Assembly: GCA_035476335.1 (NCBI GenBank)
Contig: DATILO010000105.1
Span: forward strand, 1-37,312
Source of the DNA: Candidatus Binatia bacterium
GTDB lineage: Archaea; Nanobdellota; Nanobdellia; Woesearchaeales; ARS49
Direction of reading: 5' to 3'
DNA length: 37,312 nucleotides
The number at the start of each line of letters is the position of its first letter. Position 1 is the stretch's first letter. The position numbers and the translations under genes are program-made. Below, in pieces: positions 10,660 through 17,952 of this stretch. The notes under the pieces were generated by a model. That model saw nothing but the letters and a program-made list of their open reading frames with translations, was not told the origin of the DNA and did no database searches.

Positions 10660-12479
10660 ACTGGAAGGAATTGGGACTCAAGTGCGGGCTGGAAATCCAC
10701 CAGCAACTGGAGGGATCGAAGCTGTTCTGCAACTGTCCCACGATGATTCGCGACGATCCCGCCCATTTCACGGTGCAGCGCAAGCTTCGCGCGGTCGCGG
10801 GCGAAACCGGCGATGTTGACGTCGCCGCAGCCCATGAGGTCGCGAAAGGCAAGCTCTTCACGTACGAAGGGTTCGAGGACACGACCTGCCTGCTCGAGCT
10901 CGATGAGACTCCCCCGCTCGACGTCAATGCGCACGCGTTCACCGCAGCACTCCAGGTCGCGCTCCTGCTCAAGGCCATGCCTGTCGACCAGGTTCACGTG
11001 ATGCGCAAGACGATTGTGGATGGCAGCAACACCTCCGCATTCCAGCGCACGGCTCTGGTGGCGCGGCACGGCATTCTCACCACGGCCCACGGCACGGTCA
11101 CCATCCCGAGCGTCAGTCTCGAGGAGGACGCGTGCAGAATCATCAAGAACTCGCCGACCGAAACGATTTATCGGCTCGACCGGCTTGGCATTCCGCTCAT
11201 CGAAATCGCGACCGGTCCTGAAATCAAGGATCCCGACCATTGCAAGGAAGTCGCGGAGGCGCTCGGACTGCTCATCCGGAGCACCGGCAGGGCAAAACGC
11301 GGGCTCGGGACCATCCGGCAGGACGTCAACGTGAGCATCGCCGGCGGCACGCGCATCGAAATCAAGGGCGCGCAGGACCTCAAACTCCTCCCCACGCTCG
11401 TTGCGTACGAGGCCGTACGCCAGAAGACGCTCATCGAGCTCATGGGCGAACTCGGCAAGCGCGGAGCAGGGGAGATCCGCGCAGTCATCGACAACGTCAC
11501 GCACATCTTCGCAAAAAGTGCAAGCGCCGTCATCAAGAATGCATTCAAGGACAAAGGAGTTGTTCTCGGCGCGCGCTTGCCGCACTTCGCAGGACTCATC
11601 GGCAAGGAAGTCCAGCCCGGCAGGCGCCTGGGCACCGAATTCTCCGACCGCGCGAAGGCAAACGCGGGCGTCGGCGGCATCTTCCATTCCGACGAGCTTC
11701 CCCAGTACGGCATCACGCAGGGTGAAGTTGAGGCGTTGAAGAAGGCACTCGCCTGCGGACCCCACGACGGGTTTGTGCTCGTGGCAGATGCGCCGGACAA
11801 GGCAGAACGCGCGCTCAAAGCCGTTATCGAGCGCGCCCGCGAGGCAGGCAAAGGCGTTCCGAAGGAAGTCCGCAAGGCAAACGACGACGGCACCACCACC
11901 TTCCTCCGCCCGATGCCCGGCGCCGCACGCATGTATCCGGAAACCGACGTGAAGCCCGTGCTGGTCCCGCAACTCCTCAAATCCATCGTGCTCCCCGAAC
12001 TCATCGATGCAAAGACGATGCGGTATGAACAATGGGGAATCGGGCACGACCTTGCCGAGCTGGCCGCACGGTCCGAGAAGGCGCCTGTTTTCGAGGGATT
12101 GGTGAAGAAATATCCCGGCGTCAAGCCCGCATACCTCGCAGAAGTGTTTCTCACGGCCGCGCGTACCATCAAGCGTCAGTTTAACATCGACATTGCTCCG
12201 ACGGACCGCGATTTTGAGACGCTCTTTGCGGCGCTCAACGAAAATAAGATTTCGAAGGAAAGCGTCCTCGACGTGCTCAAGGAAAACAAGCCCGTGAGTG
12301 CCGTGCTCGCACGATTCAGCGTCATGTCCGACCATGAACTCGAACAAGCGCTCCGCAAGATTATCGCAGAAAACAAAGGCATGCCCTTCAATGCCTTAAT
12401 CGGGAAGGCGATGTCCACCCTCCGCGGGAAGGCCTCGGGACAAAAGATTGCCGAGCTCCTGAAGAAGCTTGCAGAATAA
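10647..12479 (+). CDS. gatE: Glu-tRNA(Gln) amidotransferase subunit E
   Basis: The MAALNWKELGLKCGLEIHQQL... start is typical of GatE/GatB, and the C-terminal YqeY-like tail is present. The start is moved to the ATG at 10647. Confidence 0.9.
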   Translation: MAALNWKELGLKCGLEIHQQLEGSKLFCNCPTMIRDDPAHFTVQRKLRAVAGETGDVDVAAAHEVAKGKLFTYEGFEDTTCLLELDETPPLDVNAHAFTAALQVALLLKAMPVDQVHVMRKTIVDGSNTSAFQRTALVARHGILTTAHGTVTIPSVSLEEDACRIIKNSPTETIYRLDRLGIPLIEIATGPEIKDPDHCKEVAEALGLLIRSTGRAKRGLGTIRQDVNVSIAGGTRIEIKGAQDLKLLPTLVAYEAVRQKTLIELMGELGKRGAGEIRAVIDNVTHIFAKSASAVIKNAFKDKGVVLGARLPHFAGLIGKEVQPGRRLGTEFSDRAKANAGVGGIFHSDELPQYGITQGEVEALKKALACGPHDGFVLVADAPDKAERALKAVIERAREAGKGVPKEVRKANDDGTTTFLRPMPGAARMYPETDVKPVLVPQLLKSIVLPELIDAKTMRYEQWGIGHDLAELAARSEKAPVFEGLVKKYPGVKPAYLAEVFLTAARTIKRQFNIDIAPTDRDFETLFAALNENKISKESVLDVLKENKPVSAVLARFSVMSDHELEQALRKIIAENKGMPFNALIGKAMSTLRGKASGQKIAELLKKLAE

Positions 12480-13506
12480 GCTGCTCGATGCCCGCCGCCA
12501 CGGCGACAACGCCCTCATTCTTGTCCACGCGTTCAAGCGGTTGCAAGCGTTCCCGATAACTGCCGAGCTGCTGGAGAAAGCGGATGAGATTCTCCACCGT
12601 GATGCGTTTGACGCAGCAGCCATATCCCTCCTGGGCGAGCAGGAGCGCGTTGAGCTGCTGCTCAAACTGCTTCCGCACCGGCTCGGCGAGCACGGGCTTG
12701 CCGAGCATGATGGCCTCGCTGATGAGCGAATAGCCGCCGTTCGTGATGACCGCTTTGCACGTCGCGAGGTCGTGGAAAAATGCTTGTTCGTCAAACGTCT
12801 TGAAGGTGACGTGGGCGGTTCCTTTCCTGGAACCGAACCCGTAGACAATGAAGCGTTCCGGAAGCAAGCGCAGCAGCTCGAGGAGTTTCTTGTTCGAGCG
12901 CGACGTCTGGTACACCAGCACGTGCTTGCCGATGGTCGGCTGCAGGCGTTGGAGTTCCTTGCGGAGCAGCGGAGCAACGAGCGTCGTGCGCGCGGCAACC
13001 GGATGTCGTGAAAAAGAGGTAATGAAGTAGTGCCGCGCCGTGGGAATCAGGAGCGTGTTCGCAAACCGCGTCTTGAACGCCTCCCAACGATGCCGTCGGG
13101 AATGCCGTATCCACGCGCGATTGAGCAGGTGCTGGTTGTTGACGCTCAAGACGGGAATACCCAAGAAAATGCCGGTGTAACACGTAAAGGGCTCGTAATC
13201 GGTGATGATGATTGACGGCCGGAGCGTCAGCGCGAGCAGGAATGTTCGCAGGAATCCGTACACGAGCAAGGGCATGCGCACGAAGTTGTAGATGAACATG
13301 CCCAGGTTGCTGACGCGGTTGTTCCAATACACGATGTGGAATCCGAAGATGCGGTTGACGCGCGGGAAAAAACGACGCAAATAAAGATACGCCCTGCTCG
13401 AGCTCACGAGCGTCACCTGATGCCCGCGGAGCTGCTCGAGGATTGCCTTTGCGCGGGTGGCATGCCCCAACCCTTCACCCGCAACGCCGTACAGAATCCT
13501 GACCAT
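12388..13506 (-). CDS. GT-B glycosyltransferase (MJ1255/MGT-like)
   Basis: The N-terminus RILYGVAGEGLGHATRAKAI is the G-x-G-x-GH-x-x-R motif of this family, and a C-terminal GGYSLISEA nucleotide-sugar loop is present. The last roughly 30 codons run antisense into the gatE 3' end (a 92-nt convergent overlap). Confidence 0.7.
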   Translation of the reverse strand: MVRILYGVAGEGLGHATRAKAILEQLRGHQVTLVSSSRAYLYLRRFFPRVNRIFGFHIVYWNNRVSNLGMFIYNFVRMPLLVYGFLRTFLLALTLRPSIIITDYEPFTCYTGIFLGIPVLSVNNQHLLNRAWIRHSRRHRWEAFKTRFANTLLIPTARHYFITSFSRHPVAARTTLVAPLLRKELQRLQPTIGKHVLVYQTSRSNKKLLELLRLLPERFIVYGFGSRKGTAHVTFKTFDEQAFFHDLATCKAVITNGGYSLISEAIMLGKPVLAEPVRKQFEQQLNALLLAQEGYGCCVKRITVENLIRFLQQLGSYRERLQPLERVDKNEGVVAVAAGIEQLILQASSGARQSFVPRPSRGGWTSPSRLRH

Positions 13507-14273
13507 CAGTCCCCCGCAAACGCCGTGATGAGCTGTGCCGCAAGCAACGGCTTGCGCGTCAGGATAAGGTGATGGGTGGGAAGCTCACGATGAACGACGT
13601 GGCGATGCTCCCTGAGGACGCGCGTGAGTGCCGGTTTGCGCAAAAGCACATCATCACGACCGGTCAGGACAAGAATGGGCTTCTCGACAGAAAAGTCCAG
13701 CTCGACTCCCAATGCGCGCTCGATGGCGCGCGCCAAGTCACGCAAGTGAATTCCCTTGAGCTCCCAGAATGGGCTCAGGACAGCGGGAACGAGACGCTCA
13801 TGGGTGACCAGCTTGAGATGCCTGCGCTTAGGAACAATGGAGAGAACGCCGCGGATGGCGCGCGCGAGGGAGACAAGCCATTGGCTGCCGCGTGTCAAGG
13901 ACCGCGAACTCGGGCTGATGAGCACGACGCCCTTCGCTTGCTTCGGGAATCGCTTGGCAAGCTCAAGTGCGACGGGAGCTCCGACCGACATGCCGACGGG
14001 AATGAACTCCCGCACGCGCTCGCGCACGAGGACCTCGGCGATGTCGCGCGTCACGGCCTCGAGCGAGAACTTCCCGAAGCCCGAGAGCCCGTGGTTCCGC
14101 AAATCGACCGCGATGTAGGAACGGTCTCCGACGTAGGGCGTGATGCGGGACCAGGCAGTGTGGTTGCTCCCGACACCGTGAATGAGCACGAGCGTCGGGT
14201 TCTTCGGCTTCCGGTTCACCTGGTAGTGAATGAGCGCGCCGTCAAACGTGGCTGCATAATCGGATGTCAGCAT
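13506..14273 (-). CDS. alpha/beta-fold hydrolase
   Basis: LVLIHGVGSNH oxyanion region and GMSVGA nucleophile elbow. The stop overlaps the start of the downstream glycosyltransferase gene (ATGA at 13504-13508). Confidence 0.8.
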   Translation of the reverse strand: MLTSDYAATFDGALIHYQVNRKPKNPTLVLIHGVGSNHTAWSRITPYVGDRSYIAVDLRNHGLSGFGKFSLEAVTRDIAEVLVRERVREFIPVGMSVGAPVALELAKRFPKQAKGVVLISPSSRSLTRGSQWLVSLARAIRGVLSIVPKRRHLKLVTHERLVPAVLSPFWELKGIHLRDLARAIERALGVELDFSVEKPILVLTGRDDVLLRKPALTRVLREHRHVVHRELPTHHLILTRKPLLAAQLITAFAGD

Positions 14274-14275
14274 AA

Positions 14276-14350
14276 CGCGCCCGAAGGGATTCGAACCCTC
14301 GACCTTGAGGTTAGGAACCTCACGCTCTATCCAGGCTGAGCTACAGGCGC
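14276..14350 (-). tRNA. tRNA-Arg (anticodon CCU)
   Basis: The reverse complement is GCGCCTGTAGCTCAGCCTGGATAGAGCGTGAGGTTCCTAACCTCAAGGTCGAGGGTTCGAATCCCTTCGGGCGCG. It folds as a canonical cloverleaf with anticodon loop TTCCTAA. Confidence 0.9.
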
Positions 14351-14372
14351 ACCTGCTCTTTGTCCGACAGAG

Positions 14373-14385
14373 GGTTTAAAAAACT
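14373..14385. promoter_or_regulatory. shared TATA box (GGTTTAAAAAAC) for divergent tRNA-Arg(CCU) and truD
   Basis: Lies about 27 nt from the truD ATG (14406) and about 27 nt from the tRNA 5' end (14350). Confidence 0.5.
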
Positions 14386-14405
14386 TGTGCGGTTTCCGAC
14401 GAGAG

Positions 14406-15329
14406 ATGCGCATCAAACAGCAGCCCGAGGACTTCACGGTGGAAGAACTCTCACCGCAGCCGCTCGGAGCGGGCGAATACACGTGGTTCACCCTCAAAAA
14501 GCGGAATCTCGGCACGCTCGAGGCGTTGCACGCGCTCGCTGAGCGTTGGCACGTGCCCTTCAAGCGCTTCGGCTTCGCCGGGCTCAAGGACAAGCACGCG
14601 GTGACGACCCAAGTCTGCTCGTTCAAGGGCGTCGTGAAGGACTTCAAGGAACGCGACATGGAGATTCGTGTTGTGGGAACGTCAGACATTCCCGTCTCCC
14701 TGGGCAGCCACCGCGGCAACGCCTTCACGATCGTCGTGCGCGACCTCGAACAGGCACCGCAGCACAAACACGTCTTCATCAATTATTTCGGCGAACAGCG
14801 CTTCAGCACGAACAATGCCGCGATTGGCAAGGCAATCGTCAAAGGAGACTACGCAAAAGCCGTCGAACTTGCCATCGCGTCAGGAATGGCGCTGGAGCCT
14901 GGCTCACAGGGTCTTGCCGCGCTCAAGAAACTGCCGTTGAAGCTGTTGCGCCTGTTCGTCCACGCCTACCAAAGCAAGCTCTGGAACGAGGTGGTGCGCG
15001 AACATGAGCTCCACGGCGCCATCCCTGAAGAACTGCCGCTGGTAGGATTTGGTTCCGATACGTCTGACGAACTCGTGCAGGAACAGCTCAAGAACGAAGG
15101 CATCACGCCGCGCTCGTTTGTGCTCAAATCGTTTCCTGAATTGAGCGAGGAAGGAACCACACGCAACGTGCACGTGCACGTCACGGACTTGACCCTCGGA
15201 CCGATACAGGACGACGAACTCAATGCAGGCCGCAAGAAAATCAAGGTGACCTTCACGCTGCCTCCCGGGAGTTACGCGACCGAAATCATCCGGCAACTGT
15301 TCAGTCAAGCTCCGCAAGAATCTGCTTAA
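14406..15329 (+). CDS. truD: tRNA pseudouridine synthase TruD/Pus7 family
   Basis: MRIKQQPEDFTVEE N-terminus and the GLKDKHAVTTQ catalytic Asp motif. At 307 aa it is relatively short. Confidence 0.8.
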   Translation: MRIKQQPEDFTVEELSPQPLGAGEYTWFTLKKRNLGTLEALHALAERWHVPFKRFGFAGLKDKHAVTTQVCSFKGVVKDFKERDMEIRVVGTSDIPVSLGSHRGNAFTIVVRDLEQAPQHKHVFINYFGEQRFSTNNAAIGKAIVKGDYAKAVELAIASGMALEPGSQGLAALKKLPLKLLRLFVHAYQSKLWNEVVREHELHGAIPEELPLVGFGSDTSDELVQEQLKNEGITPRSFVLKSFPELSEEGTTRNVHVHVTDLTLGPIQDDELNAGRKKIKVTFTLPPGSYATEIIRQLFSQAPQESA

Positions 15330-15924
15330 ACACGGCGTCCGCGCTCCCGGAACCATCGACCTTACGCACGATGCCGCGCGGTTTGTAATATTCTATCAAC
15401 GGTTCCGTATCCTGATGATAGCGTTTGAGCCGCCGTTTCAGAATGGTGGGCTTGTCGTCTTCACGATGCACGAGCTTTGATCCGCACTTGTCACAAATGC
15501 CTTCCTTTTTGGGGCGAATGGTACTGCCGTAAACTGCGTGGCATTTCAGACAAATTCTGCGATTGGTTATTCGTTCAAGCGAGACTTTCTCGGAAACGTC
15601 AATGACGAGAACGGTATCGGGCTCATTCAGCATGTCGAGAAATTCTGCCTGGTCAGCATCGCGCGGATAGCCGTCAAGAATCCAGCCAGGTTCGGCATCA
15701 GGCTGTTCGAGACGTTTGCGAACAAGTTCATCGGTAATCCCGTCGGGAACGAGCTTGCCCGCATTAAGCGCTGAAGCGATTTTGTTGCCGATAACACTCT
15801 TCCGGGTGATTTCGTCACGAAGCAAGTCGCCGACGGAAATATGCGGGATATTCCACCTCGCAGCGATCCGCTCTGCCTGCACGCCTTTGCCTGACCCTTG
15901 CGGGCCGAGAATGACGAGTTTCAT
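15301..15924 (-). CDS. adk: adenylate kinase, long bacterial/eukaryal type with a Zn-lid
   Basis: GPQGSGKG P-loop. The lid has CLKC...CDKC, followed by REDD. There is a 29-nt convergent overlap with truD. Confidence 0.9.
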   Translation of the reverse strand: MKLVILGPQGSGKGVQAERIAARWNIPHISVGDLLRDEITRKSVIGNKIASALNAGKLVPDGITDELVRKRLEQPDAEPGWILDGYPRDADQAEFLDMLNEPDTVLVIDVSEKVSLERITNRRICLKCHAVYGSTIRPKKEGICDKCGSKLVHREDDKPTILKRRLKRYHQDTEPLIEYYKPRGIVRKVDGSGSADAVFKQILAELD

Positions 15925-16382
15925 CCGAGATAGCCGAGTTCTTCCTTGCTCGTCTGGGTGCCTTTCCAGGAATCGCGCATCTTGCGCACGAACGTCACGA
16001 GCGGCTCCTTAAAAAGCTGCCATTCCTTGAACGCGTGCTTGATGAATTCGGCATCAGACTTGTCATCGTTGAGAAGCTCGGCTTCGGTGAGCGAACGCCA
16101 GAGTGCCGCGAGCTTCTGCGAGAGTTCGTACGCTTTTCGCTTTTCCGTGTCGCCGAAGAACGAGCATTCCATCATGCTCCGCACGCTGTTCGGGTCGGGC
16201 TGGCAGATGGTGTCCAGAATTCCTGCGCCGAACTCAATTCGGTCATGGATGCGATGCCGGATTTCGCGCAGGGCGTTCTCTTCAACCTCGATTGACGCAA
16301 TCTCGAATTCACGGTCGAGTTCGTTGAAGGAGGGGAGGTTGTACTTCTTCCGTGCCTGCTCATACGCATCGCGAAGGGTCAT
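15921..16382 (-). CDS. hypothetical 153-aa protein coupled to adk
   Basis: The stop overlaps the adk ATG (ATGA). The protein looks helical and charged, with no motif I recognise. Confidence 0.5.
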   Translation of the reverse strand: MTLRDAYEQARKKYNLPSFNELDREFEIASIEVEENALREIRHRIHDRIEFGAGILDTICQPDPNSVRSMMECSFFGDTEKRKAYELSQKLAALWRSLTEAELLNDDKSDAEFIKHAFKEWQLFKEPLVTFVRKMRDSWKGTQTSKEELGYLG

Positions 16383-16424
16383 ACCGAGCGATGGCGAAGA
16401 TTGCTATTTAAGGGTTATGGCGCG

Positions 16425-16916
16425 TCAGAGCGTCGGCACGCGCTGCGGGTCACGGATGAGCGCATCCACGAGCGAGGGGTCGGCGAGGAATCCCTCGCGC
16501 TTCAGCGAATCCACGAGATAGTACACTTCGGTGCTGCGCACGTCGAGCTCCGCGCGCAGATGCTCCACAAAATGCTCGAGCTCCTTCATCGTGCGAAACA
16601 CGCATTCTGCGAGAAAGTCAAAACCGTTGTTGACCTTGTAAAGCGAGTTGACGAGCGGGTGTTTCACGAGATAGTCCTTCACGCCATCACGATCCCTTCC
16701 GCAGCGGAGGAGCACCTGCGCATGCGTCCCGAAACCGACGGCATCGAAGTTGATGAGGGAAATCGTCTTGACCACCACGTCCTGCTGGTACGCCGTCAGC
16801 TTGTCGAAGAGCGTGCTCACCGGAATGCCGGTGGCCCTGCTCAAGGCTGTGAGCCGGCAGCGCGCGTCCTGGCGGAAATGGGAGAGCACAATGAGGTCCT
16901 TTTTCGTGATTTCCAT
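16425..16916 (-). CDS. Lrp/AsnC-family transcriptional regulator
   Basis: N-terminal HTH (LTALSRATGIPVSTLFDKL) followed by a C-terminal RAM-like alpha/beta domain. Confidence 0.8.
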   Translation of the reverse strand: MEITKKDLIVLSHFRQDARCRLTALSRATGIPVSTLFDKLTAYQQDVVVKTISLINFDAVGFGTHAQVLLRCGRDRDGVKDYLVKHPLVNSLYKVNNGFDFLAECVFRTMKELEHFVEHLRAELDVRSTEVYYLVDSLKREGFLADPSLVDALIRDPQRVPTL

Positions 16917-16993
16917 GGGTCTCCGGCGGTGAACGCCAGACGCTCTTGGCCAATCGTGCAGTATATACTTTCTCCTTATACCTTATATATTAT

Positions 16994-17007
16994 CTTATAG
17001 CTATAAG
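16994..17007. promoter_or_regulatory. perfect 14-bp palindrome CTTATAGCTATAAG in the AT-rich divergent promoter region (candidate operator)
   Basis: Lies within the 133-bp Lrp / AbrB-PhoU intergenic region. It is flanked by CCTTATA direct repeats (16974-16987) and several TATA-like blocks (16961-17027). Confidence 0.45.
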
Positions 17008-17017
17008 AAAGCGAAAT

Positions 17018-17027
17018 CATTTAATAG
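17018..17027 (+). promoter_or_regulatory. TATA box (ATTTAATA) for the AbrB-PhoU gene
   Basis: Lies about 27 nt upstream of the ATG at 17050. Confidence 0.45.
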
Positions 17028-17049
17028 GGGAGCGCGCTCATTCCCGTCG

Positions 17050-17952
17050 ATGAAGCGGAAAGTCATCAAGCTCGCGCAACAGACGCTCGTCGTCTCGCTG
17101 CCCGCCGCGTGGTGCAAAAGCAACGGCATCCGCAAAGGCGATGAGGTCGACTGCCAGGAAAAACGCGGAAGCATCATCTTCGCGTCGAGCTCCCGCCCGA
17201 GCGTCTCCGAGGCGCAGTTCGACGGAGATGCGCTCGGCATTCTCTCCAAGCGTGCGCTGTACGAACTCTATCACGCGGGCGTCGACAAGGTCACCGTGCG
17301 TGCCGCGCGAAAGCAGACGCTCCAGGTCGTCAACGACACGCTCAACCAGCTTCTCGGCTACCACGTCGTGGAGCGGCGCGGCGAACATCTCGTGATTGAG
17401 GATTTGGGCAAGAACGACCACGACCTCGACCTCCTCCTTCGAAGATTCCTGCTCCTCATCAAGACGCTTGTGCAGGAAGGCGTGACCGCACTCGAGCAGA
17501 AGAAGTACGACGACCTCGGCATCCCCTGGGAACGCGACACGGACGTGAACAAGCTCGCGCACCTCTGCATCAGGATTCTCTCAAAGAACGTGCATATTCC
17601 GACGGACCATGCCGCGCGGATGCATACGCTCATCTACCAAGGGGAGCAGCTCGCTGATGAATACAAGCTCGTCATGCGCGCACTCCAGGAAAACACGGCA
17701 CAGATTCCGCGCGCACTCGACGCCGTGAGAAGCGCGGCACGCCTCTACGACGCCGCATACCAGTACGTGTTCCAGCGCAGCCGCATGAACGCCCAAGCGG
17801 TTGCCGCCGCGAACGACCACGCCCGGCGCGCACTCCAACAGCTCGGCTCGAACGTGGCGTTCGGCCATCTCGATTCTTTCGTGAAAAAAGCGGTGTCCAT
17901 CCAGGAATTATTCTTGCACCAGATGCAGGATGTGCACCATGGACCTCCCTAA
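17050..17952 (+). CDS. AbrB/SpoVT-domain plus PhoU-like domain regulator (archaeal phosphate-uptake-regulator type)
   Basis: The N-terminus KRKVIKLAQQTLVVSLPAAWCKSNGIRKGDEV is a swapped-hairpin AbrB motif, and the rest is helical and PhoU-like. Confidence 0.7.
   Translation: MKRKVIKLAQQTLVVSLPAAWCKSNGIRKGDEVDCQEKRGSIIFASSSRPSVSEAQFDGDALGILSKRALYELYHAGVDKVTVRAARKQTLQVVNDTLNQLLGYHVVERRGEHLVIEDLGKNDHDLDLLLRRFLLLIKTLVQEGVTALEQKKYDDLGIPWERDTDVNKLAHLCIRILSKNVHIPTDHAARMHTLIYQGEQLADEYKLVMRALQENTAQIPRALDAVRSAARLYDAAYQYVFQRSRMNAQAVAAANDHARRALQQLGSNVAFGHLDSFVKKAVSIQELFLHQMQDVHHGPP

Noticed and set aside
10482-12347. 621-aa minus-strand ORF
   Set aside because: It is antisense to gatE and has no recognisable domain.
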